Of a stretch of 64,000 nucleotides of DNA, positions 47,974 to 56,094 are shown in pieces. Under the pieces are notes generated by a model, which saw nothing but the letters and a program-made list of their open reading frames with translations, was not told where the DNA came from and did no database searches. This DNA is from a virus, in the IMG/VR virus record IMGVR_UViG_3300038301_000548, positions 32,001 through 96,000 of that record. One strand, 5' to 3'. Made by a program: the position numbers and the translations under genes. Within the stretch, counting starts at the first letter, position 1. Every line of letters starts with the position of its first letter.

Positions 47974-48576
47974 TTACTTCTCGAATTTGTATAATATGCT
48001 GTTTAGGGCTCTGTCTATCTTGTCACCGCGGGTGAATATATTCGAAGGGTCTCTTGCTTCTGTCATCATAAAGGCTCCGGGAGTCGAAGGGTCAGAGACC
48101 ATGTCGAAACAAATTAACTGAAAGTCATCTTCGACAAGTGTGACACCATTGCTTTCTTTAACCGAGCCCATGCCTCGAGAAGAAATTCCCAATTGTACCC
48201 CGGATTCCACTAGAGTCCTAAGGGTCTTGCCGGCCGGCGTATCGAGCACTCTTATTGTTCCTTTACAGTCTTTACCTTCCATCCATATTTTCGTCACCAT
48301 GTGGGACGCGTTTGCTAGATTGATGACAGAGCTGTCAGGGTGGTCTAGCTCGCCGAGGGCACGATTGTTTTGCACTAGACGGGCGTAGTTTTCAACCTCT
48401 CTCTCAAGAATAGCCTGAGGGTATACGCGGCCGTTACCATTTTTGGTTTCAGCACATTGCATTAGTCCGGACAACATCATGCCACCTTCTGATACAAACT
48501 TTTTATCTGCTTCAGTTAAAAGGTCTTGGCATATGCCGCCATCACACAATTGGTAATATTCTCTTATAAGCTTCAT
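47974..48576 (-). CDS. Prohead core protease (T4 gp21-like)
   Basis: NGNGRVYP, ALGELDHP, ASHMV, LDTPAG, GISSRGMGS, FDMVSDPSTPGA. Confidence 0.93.
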   Translation of the reverse strand: MKLIREYYQLCDGGICQDLLTEADKKFVSEGGMMLSGLMQCAETKNGNGRVYPQAILEREVENYARLVQNNRALGELDHPDSSVINLANASHMVTKIWMEGKDCKGTIRVLDTPAGKTLRTLVESGVQLGISSRGMGSVKESNGVTLVEDDFQLICFDMVSDPSTPGAFMMTEARDPSNIFTRGDKIDRALNSILYKFEK

Positions 48577-48613
48577 TTTCGTCCTCTCTTCTCGCGGGGG
48601 CCACCCGCGTCAT

Positions 48614-48679
48614 CTACGATCCTTTACAGCAGTTAGCAACGGGTCGAATCATCCATCTTATAGTTGCGAAAGATTGCAT
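48614..48679 (-). CDS. 21-aa peptide MQSFATIRWMIRPVANCCKGS, in frame with the upstream gene across a TGA
   Basis: GAGGAG SD precedes ATG 48679; same frame as 48689..48985. Confidence 0.45.
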   Translation of the reverse strand: MQSFATIRWMIRPVANCCKGS

Positions 48680-48688
48680 AGTAACTCC

Positions 48689-48985
48689 TCAGTTATAATC
48701 AAATTTTATTCCGTGATCGTCAAAGCTAACTGAAAACACGTAACTTACTAGCGAACCAAGACAACCTAAAAATAATCCGGTGACCGGAGAATAATCAAAA
48801 GTAAATAGTTTAGTATAGTCGTTTAAGGCCCACAAAATAACTCCAGACCAAAAACCAGTGCACATAGGGCAAGATAAAAGTTGACCGAACCATCCGGATG
48901 TGGGCCTGATTTTATCAAAAATCTTTCCATATACTAGAATTTGTGTGAGACCTGCGCAAACAAGAGAGAAATATATTAGCTGCAT
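48689..48985 (-). CDS. Small membrane protein with CPMC motif (DUF1360-like)
   Basis: Three hydrophobic segments, LLSCPMCTGFWSG. Confidence 0.6.
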   Translation of the reverse strand: MQLIYFSLVCAGLTQILVYGKIFDKIRPTSGWFGQLLSCPMCTGFWSGVILWALNDYTKLFTFDYSPVTGLFLGCLGSLVSYVFSVSFDDHGIKFDYN

Positions 48986-49530
48986 TCTTCCTCTTGTTGC
49001 TTATTTTCTCTGACCAAAGAATAGTTGTACATGAACCCATATGGGCCGCGGGTTTGGCCGTGGGATCCCTTCTTATCTGATTGCGGCACATCGCCCAATT
49101 CAGTAGAATCTTGATCTCCTGGGTGGAGCAGGTGGTCTAGCCGGTCGTCATTGAATTCTTCAGCTGATCGGAAGAATGGTTTTTCAGTGCTAAGATACTC
49201 GCTTAACATATACAGGCAGGCTTGTAAAGAATCTATTCCCGGAGTCTTAGACTCAAGTAATTTAGCTTCTAGAGACCCATATACGTTTCCACCGCGGATA
49301 GATGAGTGTTCGACAATGCCTTTGCGAGCCAGGTAGCGAAACATTCTATCTTGAGCTTGGTACACTTTATCGCTCATCTGTTCTTTGGGGAAGGTCATGC
49401 ACTTGCTGCTATCAGGAGATAAAAGTATATCAATATCCTCGTGGTCAAATATCAATATGTTTCCATCTAAGGTTCTTCTAGCTTTTATCTCTATTCTTGG
49501 GTCTTTTTTTATGTCAACTGATAATGTCAT
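48976..49530 (-). CDS. Hypothetical protein
   Basis: 184-aa ORF coupled within the head module. Confidence 0.6.
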   Translation of the reverse strand: MTLSVDIKKDPRIEIKARRTLDGNILIFDHEDIDILLSPDSSKCMTFPKEQMSDKVYQAQDRMFRYLARKGIVEHSSIRGGNVYGSLEAKLLESKTPGIDSLQACLYMLSEYLSTEKPFFRSAEEFNDDRLDHLLHPGDQDSTELGDVPQSDKKGSHGQTRGPYGFMYNYSLVRENKQQEEECS

Positions 49531-50351
49531 TTTTGTTCAATCTCATCTACCAACTCTTGAGTTTTGAGCACAACTTCGATTAGGTCTGTATCTACTTCTT
49601 TTTCTTTATACGAATCTAAAATAGAGTATACCTTATTTATCTTTTCCTTTAAAGAATTATCTTCTTTTACATCTTTGTCTTTTTTACACATTTCCAGCTT
49701 ACCTTTCAGCTCGCCTATCTCTTCACTTAGGTAATATTTGAGTTCGATACCATTGTCAGAAAAGGATGCAATATATTTATTTAATAGCCTTTTTTGATTC
49801 TCGTTTAGAGTGCCTGAGTATTCTTCATTAAACTTACTTACAAAAGTGTTATATACAATATTATCAACTGGCACCTGTTGTTCTACTGGTGCTTCGCAGG
49901 ACTGGGACATTTGCTGAATTATATTTTCCTCTAGCAGGACGCGGTCTTTGACCGGTAATGCATCTTGAAATATAGAGTAAACCGATGCAATACTCTTATA
50001 ATTTGGCACAAAATTTGTGAAAAGCTTCCTAGAAAGAGTCTTGTTGATCTTGCTGATTAAAGCAGATTGCTCCAAGAATACAGCTTTCTTGTTAAGTTCA
50101 GAGTACTTTTCTTTTACTTGAGTTACTATTTTTTCTGCTATGTTTTTTTCTATATCTTTCGTCTCATAGATACTTTTGTAAAGGTTCAGTTCCTTGTTAA
50201 GTTCTGTCCCTTCCTTGAAGTGTTCTTTCACTATTGAAACTATCTTAGTTTGCTTGTTCTTGTTGTTCTTAACAATTGAACTGGTTAGTTCTCTAATCAA
50301 AGCTTCATAAACAAATGCAGTATTTCTCTTCTTATTATGCTTCAGTCTCAT
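49527..50351 (-). CDS. Hypothetical protein (head module)
   Basis: 274 aa, KHNKKRNTAFVYEAL; directly after the portal. Confidence 0.6.
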   Translation of the reverse strand: MRLKHNKKRNTAFVYEALIRELTSSIVKNNKNKQTKIVSIVKEHFKEGTELNKELNLYKSIYETKDIEKNIAEKIVTQVKEKYSELNKKAVFLEQSALISKINKTLSRKLFTNFVPNYKSIASVYSIFQDALPVKDRVLLEENIIQQMSQSCEAPVEQQVPVDNIVYNTFVSKFNEEYSGTLNENQKRLLNKYIASFSDNGIELKYYLSEEIGELKGKLEMCKKDKDVKEDNSLKEKINKVYSILDSYKEKEVDTDLIEVVLKTQELVDEIEQK

Positions 50352-52374
50352 CTTTGTTTTTCCTCTTCTTTAAATCTAAATTTTCAAACAAAACTTTCAA
50401 CTCTTCTTGATTTTTCAAAAGGCGCTCTTCTTCTTCTCTAGAGTAATTAGTAAGACGATTCTCGTAAACGCCGGTGCCTCTGGCCAGTTGAGACAATTCA
50501 GAAGCTCCTGGTAAGGTTTTTCTCTTTGTTCCGGTTTCTGGGACCGCTGCTCTGTTCATGTTCTTTTTTCTGGGTCCGGAGGACTTTCTTCTATCGCCGG
50601 ATCCCCAATTCATACGAGGCTCATACCAACCGTGAGATTTTTCTGTTGTTGTCTTGGTCTTGCCACCTTCTCGTTTCGCAGTCTTGCCCCTTGCGTCGTC
50701 TCTCTTAGCTGGTGGTGCTGCCAAGAGATCTCCCTCTTCTGGGCCAGCTGGTGCATCACCGCCTAGGTCGCCTCCGCCTAGGTCATCACCTCCGCCCAAA
50801 TCCATGTCGTCTGTGGGGGCTCCCAGTTCAGGCTCTGCGCCGGCCATGCCCATGCCACCGGGTTCGCCCATATCTCCTGCCAGGTCGCCGCCAGGAGCAG
50901 TGGCTGCTGCTTGTTCTGCTTCTGCTGCTGTCTCTAGTGCTGCTTCGAATCTGCGATCGTAGAACATCTCTCGTCGGTTCCTGATAAACTCTTCATCGGA
51001 CATCCCAAACAGTTTCTTGGCTAGCCATTGTTTAGAGAAGAATCCTTCAGTTGCAGAAGACGCAATATCAAATTTTGTCTTCCAATGTTCCAGTTCCTGC
51101 ATCTCTGCAATCTTTGAAGGATTGTTGAGTGAGACTGTAAAACTTACCAAATCTTCATCGCGGTACCCTAAAGTATAGAGGTGAATGATTCCTACTTTTT
51201 CTAGTTCAGTTACAACAGATCTTTGCAGGCGCTGGACTGTCCTTGCAAATCGAATGTCCTTCTGAGCCAGTGTCGTCTTGTCTTCTTGCGCGGACTCTCC
51301 GTCAGAAGAAAGGTAGGCCGCTGGAATTTTAAGTGCTGAAAATAATTTATCCCTAAGGTATTTAACATCATCAATATCTCCTGTATATTTTCCGCCTGCG
51401 AGTGGTTCTATTTTCGTTCCGCTAGTGCCGCCGCGGACAGGGATAAAGTAATCTTCCTCTACCGAAAGTGGATTATATCTCAAATCAACCCGGCCTGTCT
51501 CAGTATCGACCACTTGGTTTCTCTTCATCTGGGTCATCGCTTTTTGCATATATTGTTCTACATCTTGTGGAGCAATCGAGCCAACATCGATATAGAACAC
51601 TCGGCGCTCTGGGGATCTTACAATTCGATAAGCCATCATTGCATCTTCTAACAAAGTAAGTTGGCGCCAGATGCGCCGGGCGGGCTCAAGAATCGAAGTC
51701 CCATAAGGGTTATATTTGTCGTTTCCTAGAATCCTAAAATGGGCCATTTGCCAATTTTCAAAGGTAAGACCCGCTGAGTTCCACTGATACTGGACATAGT
51801 TTGGGTTCTCTTTGTCTTCTCCTTCGAGGCGTTCGACTTCTGCTGTTGGTAGACCAATCGCGCTAGTGACTCCCAGTGTCTCATCGAGGTCTAGATACAA
51901 GAAAAAGTCTCCGAATTTACACATTGATCGGCACCACGAGAATAGGTTATACTCTATATTGAGAACATCATGATATAATGATTCGAGTAAAAGCTTTATT
52001 TCTTCATTGTCGCATTGGACTTTAAGCACTTTAGTCAGGCCGCTGTGGGTCGTCATTTCGTCTGCATAAATATCTATTGCAGATGCAATCTCCGGAGTAT
52101 ACTCCATCTGATCGAAATCTACGTACCTCTCCGTTCTTGCTTGGCTTGCCATGGCTTGAGCTTGTAGATTGTCATAAGGATTGTATGCAGTCTTCTTGAA
52201 GTCTCTGCCGCTAGCAGAAGTGAACTTTGATGCATATTTATCAAGGTCAATCCTTCTTAGACGATGATTAGTTTGAGTTCTATAATTTGTAAGGGGCCCG
52301 GAGAGAAGTTTTGTAAGCTTTCGAAAAAGTAAACTTTGAGGGTTCCGAGTGTTATTTTTGTTTTCTGATGCCAT
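50335..52374 (-). CDS. Portal protein (T4 gp20-like)
   Basis: EIASAIDIYADE, LEDAMMAYRIVRSPERRVFYIDVG, EDYFIPVRG, DDVKYLRDKLFSALKIP, FARTVQRLQ. Confidence 0.93.
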   Translation of the reverse strand: MASENKNNTRNPQSLLFRKLTKLLSGPLTNYRTQTNHRLRRIDLDKYASKFTSASGRDFKKTAYNPYDNLQAQAMASQARTERYVDFDQMEYTPEIASAIDIYADEMTTHSGLTKVLKVQCDNEEIKLLLESLYHDVLNIEYNLFSWCRSMCKFGDFFLYLDLDETLGVTSAIGLPTAEVERLEGEDKENPNYVQYQWNSAGLTFENWQMAHFRILGNDKYNPYGTSILEPARRIWRQLTLLEDAMMAYRIVRSPERRVFYIDVGSIAPQDVEQYMQKAMTQMKRNQVVDTETGRVDLRYNPLSVEEDYFIPVRGGTSGTKIEPLAGGKYTGDIDDVKYLRDKLFSALKIPAAYLSSDGESAQEDKTTLAQKDIRFARTVQRLQRSVVTELEKVGIIHLYTLGYRDEDLVSFTVSLNNPSKIAEMQELEHWKTKFDIASSATEGFFSKQWLAKKLFGMSDEEFIRNRREMFYDRRFEAALETAAEAEQAAATAPGGDLAGDMGEPGGMGMAGAEPELGAPTDDMDLGGGDDLGGGDLGGDAPAGPEEGDLLAAPPAKRDDARGKTAKREGGKTKTTTEKSHGWYEPRMNWGSGDRRKSSGPRKKNMNRAAVPETGTKRKTLPGASELSQLARGTGVYENRLTNYSREEEERLLKNQEELKVLFENLDLKKRKNKDETEA

Positions 52375-52377
52375 TTT

Positions 52378-53964
52378 CTATCCTTTAAAGAGCCACGGAA
52401 ACTGTTCTGCTGTGTTTGAATGTTTTCTTATTTTGTCATTTAATTTCATGTTTCTTGTCCCTATCATACCATTGATTCGTGTATCCATGTGGTTACTTGT
52501 TTTCGTTATTGACCCCAAGAACGCTTTGCTGTATTCTAAGTCTCTCTGATTTGAACTTAGGGCAGTATCCCTTATCCAGCAGCCGACTGCACATGCCATA
52601 ATCAAGTCATCATTATAAGACCTCATAGCCTCTGCGCGGCCGTGGTTCCAAACGAAGGTCTTCATTTCCGTTAAAAGGCGCGCCGAGTATATCTTAATTA
52701 GGTTGTTTCTTATAAATTCTTCCATCTTTGCAACGATCAAAGGGCGAGTCTTTGAAGTCATAGAAAAGCCTGCGACAGCGTTGCTCATGTTTTCTGCTTG
52801 ATACTCTTCTACAAACTCGTGAGTTGACTTAACCGAATAGTACAGATTAGGGTAGGATGCCTCTCTCAATTTGTCCAATACAGCAAAGCCGACGGAGTTG
52901 TTTTCTACCACTAAAAGAGCTTTCCTATATTCTATACCAGTATCATATAAAATTTTAGCAAAAAGATCTGGTGTTATCTTGCCTTTGTACTCTGCTACTA
53001 TCTCCATGGTAGTGGATTTAAAAACTAGCGCGGTTGAAAAGTCTTTGCCGTCGCCGCGGGCGACATCGGCTGATATAAAATAACTCTCTCCTTCTTCTGG
53101 AGATTGCCATATCCATAAGTTCCTATCGAGACCGGTTCTATATTTGGGTTCTTTACACATGTTCAAATATGTTTCCATGTCTTCCGCCGAAAAGACTGTT
53201 TCGCCGGACATATTAAAATTACACTCTAACTCTTGAGCTATTTCTCTTCTAGACATGTTTTTGGTTTCTTTCTCAAACCAAGTCTGGTCTCGATCTGGAT
53301 GTACTTGCCATGGCAACATAGTCGGGTGGAAATCGTTAGTATTGCTTTCGGCTTCAGTATAAACCTTGTGGAACCAGTTTCCTACGCCGTTTGGGGTAGA
53401 AAGAGCGATACAGCGGCCGCCGGTTGACAGTGTAGGATAAAGGCCCATCCACAACTCTTCCAGACCTTCGACATGTGCTGCTTCGTCTATTACGAGTAGT
53501 GACAGAGCCTCTGAACGACCTGCATCTCCTGACGTAGACGATGCTTTAATTTGGGAACCATTTGACAGGACAAAGCTGGTGCGATTATCAATGTCAACAT
53601 TTGAGATTCTAAGCCACTCTGGTAAATTTCTAATAATGGCCTTCACCTTCTTTACAAGGTTTGCCGCCGTGCTGAACTTTGTGGCGATTACTAATACGTT
53701 CTTCTCTCGATGAAACATCATGAGCCAGGCCACGTAAGCAGCAGATATAGTAGATATACCTAACTGGCGTGCTTTTAGGATTACGTTGAAGCGATAATCT
53801 TCGAAATCCTCTAAAAGGTCTTTTTGAAAGTCGTAAAGGTGAAAAGGTATTAAGCCTTTCTGGGGATGCGTTATCTTCGCATAGGTATTGATAAAATAAT
53901 CAGGTGTTTTGCCACACTTGACTATCTCTTTCATTATTTCTTTCTTAGAAAGAGAGAAAGCCAT
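52378..53964 (-). CDS. terL: Terminase large subunit
   Basis: ILKARQLGIST, Walker B LLVIDEAAH, LSTPNG, QELECNF, ISADVARGDGKD, DDLIMA. Confidence 0.93.
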   Translation of the reverse strand: MAFSLSKKEIMKEIVKCGKTPDYFINTYAKITHPQKGLIPFHLYDFQKDLLEDFEDYRFNVILKARQLGISTISAAYVAWLMMFHREKNVLVIATKFSTAANLVKKVKAIIRNLPEWLRISNVDIDNRTSFVLSNGSQIKASSTSGDAGRSEALSLLVIDEAAHVEGLEELWMGLYPTLSTGGRCIALSTPNGVGNWFHKVYTEAESNTNDFHPTMLPWQVHPDRDQTWFEKETKNMSRREIAQELECNFNMSGETVFSAEDMETYLNMCKEPKYRTGLDRNLWIWQSPEEGESYFISADVARGDGKDFSTALVFKSTTMEIVAEYKGKITPDLFAKILYDTGIEYRKALLVVENNSVGFAVLDKLREASYPNLYYSVKSTHEFVEEYQAENMSNAVAGFSMTSKTRPLIVAKMEEFIRNNLIKIYSARLLTEMKTFVWNHGRAEAMRSYNDDLIMACAVGCWIRDTALSSNQRDLEYSKAFLGSITKTSNHMDTRINGMIGTRNMKLNDKIRKHSNTAEQFPWLFKG

Positions 53965-53968
53965 TCTA

Positions 53969-54469
53969 CTAACTCTTCAAGCCACCAAGTGCTAGCCACT
54001 TTTCAGTTGCAGAGTCTAGCTTCTCTTCACTCTCAGGCATGTTGTTTTCAGACTCTAGAGAAGCTATCTTGTAACATTTGTGAACTTTTACGCTGCATCG
54101 GATACGAGACACGTACTCTACGAGGACGTCGACTTCGCTGGGGTCGGATAGGCCTAGGGCCTGCTTCTTAATCTTCTTATATTCTTTCTGAATAAAGGAT
54201 TTGACGCTCTCAACCATTGATTCCATCTCACTCTCAAACCCATTCGAGTGCACTTCTTTGAGTGGTATTTCTGAGTGGTATTTGATGTGAAGCCTGTCTC
54301 CGGAGATGTGACAACCAAAACCATCCATCACTCGGCGGTCGACCATCGGATTGCCCTCTTCTCTGCGTAAGCCAATCTTAATTGGTTCTCCGCTTTCATC
54401 AAGGGCGCCATCGTATGTGTTTGCCATCACCTGGGATATACAGTTAATAATTTCTAAAGTTGTAGCCAT
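53969..54469 (-). CDS. Hypothetical protein
   Basis: 166 aa, AGAGGA SD, preceded by two CTATTTA motifs. Confidence 0.6.
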   Translation of the reverse strand: MATTLEIINCISQVMANTYDGALDESGEPIKIGLRREEGNPMVDRRVMDGFGCHISGDRLHIKYHSEIPLKEVHSNGFESEMESMVESVKSFIQKEYKKIKKQALGLSDPSEVDVLVEYVSRIRCSVKVHKCYKIASLESENNMPESEEKLDSATEKWLALGGLKS

Positions 54470-54511
54470 GTGTAAAATTCCTCTACTATAAATAGTTTGT
54501 AATATAAATAG

Positions 54512-54880
54512 TTACTTGTTTGGTCTCCAGCCCGAATTCCATCTTTCTTCGCGGCCTTCGATGAATTGTATGTAACAGTCAAAACATGCTTGGAACTTCC
54601 TCATGTAAAGATCGTCGCGATTTTTATGAGAATATGAGTGACAAACTGGGCAGACTCTAGGTTCGCTCTTTGACTTCTTCTTGTTTATTACGTCGAAACC
54701 ATTACACGACGAGACCTTACCGGCATGTTTGCTATTCTTATAGAAATCCTTTAAGTGCTGTAAATATTTCTTTTCTTTCTCTTCTGTCCAGTTTTGTTTT
54801 GGATTTTGAATGGCTTCTTTGCCATACTTTTCTTTTATCGCTTTTTCGTATTTTGCTATTTCATTTAGATCTTTCTTCAT
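54512..54880 (-). CDS. Hypothetical protein with CxxC pairs
   Basis: CPVC and CFDC motifs. Confidence 0.6.
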   Translation of the reverse strand: MKKDLNEIAKYEKAIKEKYGKEAIQNPKQNWTEEKEKKYLQHLKDFYKNSKHAGKVSSCNGFDVINKKKSKSEPRVCPVCHSYSHKNRDDLYMRKFQACFDCYIQFIEGREERWNSGWRPNK

Positions 54881-55067
54881 GTAACTTCCTTAAATATTCT
54901 ATCATAGCTTCCATGTTGTGCTCCTCAAATTGCACAGTTGGTATTGTGCCGTGGATCAAGAAGAACACTGAGCCTAGTAAAAGGCGCTTACTGACATTGA
55001 AAGCGAACATCATGTGTTCAAAATAACCTAGGCCTACTTTTTTAAGATGGTCTTTATCTATAATCAT
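54861..55067 (-). CDS. DUF6356-like small protein
   Basis: HLKKVGLGYFEHMMFAF...LIHGTIP. Confidence 0.55.
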   Translation of the reverse strand: MIIDKDHLKKVGLGYFEHMMFAFNVSKRLLLGSVFFLIHGTIPTVQFEEHNMEAMIEYLRKLHEERSK

Positions 55068-55068
55068 T

Positions 55069-55521
55069 TTATTTCACCAGAAAAACAAGAAGAACAGTCA
55101 AAGCACTACCTGTGGCAACGCCACCGAGGGCCCAGTAATGACTATAATCATTTGGTCGCTTCAAGGCTGCAGTCTCTAGTCTTTCAATTTCCTCATTCTT
55201 AATCGCTAAAATGTTTGCACTCTCTTCCTCTATCGTCAGTATCCTAAGATTTAGGTTTTTAATATCTAGTGAGTATTTAGCCCTTTCCCTCTCTAAAGCT
55301 TGGTCGACTTCTAGATCGCAACGGGCCCGAGCGAATTCAGATGTTGCTTGTATTTTGGCCGTCGCGACATCGTCGAAACACCAAGCATCAAAATGTGTCA
55401 CCTCACCCTTGAGGACTCTAGAAAATCTTCCATTTTCCGGGTTGGCAAGAACAGAACAGGGAAAGAAACTAATCAATAAAAGTAAAGCCAAAGCTCTTTT
55501 CAATTTCAGCGCGAATAACAT
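55069..55521 (-). CDS. Secreted/membrane protein with N-terminal signal and C-terminal TM (spanin-like candidate)
   Basis: AAGGAGA SD before ATG 55521; two hydrophobic ends flank a coiled coil. Confidence 0.45.
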   Translation of the reverse strand: MLFALKLKRALALLLLISFFPCSVLANPENGRFSRVLKGEVTHFDAWCFDDVATAKIQATSEFARARCDLEVDQALERERAKYSLDIKNLNLRILTIEEESANILAIKNEEIERLETAALKRPNDYSHYWALGGVATGSALTVLLVFLVK

Positions 55522-55873
55522 CTGGTTCTCCTTTTGACTTTTTAACAATTTCTTTTATTCTCTTCTTCTCTTTTGTACTTAGCTTCTTCTCTTTTTCTTT
55601 GAATTTCTCTTCAATCATAATGACTGCTTCATGGTAATCTGCTATTAACTTATCTCTTTCTATGATCTCATTATTGTGTCTTTTTTTTAATTCTTTTATT
55701 TGTTTATCATAAGAATCTTTCTTGGCAGCCAAGACATCGACTAGGGCGTCTGAGTTTCTTTTTGCAAACAAGTAAACGACTACTGACCATATAAGTGCCA
55801 ATGGTACTTGCCAGTAAGTCTTCAGCCAAAGCCAAATCTTGCCGAAGGCCTCTTTCATAACTATCCATTGCAT
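55469..55873 (-). CDS. N-terminally anchored coiled-coil membrane protein (i-spanin-like candidate)
   Basis: WLWLKTYWQVPLALIWSVVVYLF followed by a charged coiled coil. Confidence 0.45.
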   Translation of the reverse strand: MQWIVMKEAFGKIWLWLKTYWQVPLALIWSVVVYLFAKRNSDALVDVLAAKKDSYDKQIKELKKRHNNEIIERDKLIADYHEAVIMIEEKFKEKEKKLSTKEKKRIKEIVKKSKGEPDVIRAEIEKSFGFTFID

Positions 55874-55878
55874 CGGTA

Positions 55879-56085
55879 TTATTCCCCGGTTGGGCCGTGC
55901 TTCCATTTGACTGCCATGTCGACCAAGGCTTGGGTACCAATGTAAGCTAAAGTTATCGCTGTCCAATTATCACTGGTAACTGTGCCATACGCACATAGGC
56001 CTGTGGCTGTCAACCATGCCAGGAACTTTCTAGATATAAACCTTTCTGTATATTTATCGGCAAACGCCTTAATTTGTGCCACCAT
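55879..56085 (-). CDS. Small two-TM membrane protein, holin-like
   Basis: SRKFLAWLTATGL..., WTAITLAYIGTQALVD; 68 aa. Confidence 0.5.
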   Translation of the reverse strand: MVAQIKAFADKYTERFISRKFLAWLTATGLCAYGTVTSDNWTAITLAYIGTQALVDMAVKWKHGPTGE

Positions 56086-56094
56086 CTTGTCCTC

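Noticed and set aside
2979-53964. Inteins or introns in dnaE, nrdJ, helicase, recA or terminase
   Set aside because: Lengths are ordinary, the motifs are contiguous, and no intein or homing endonuclease signatures were seen
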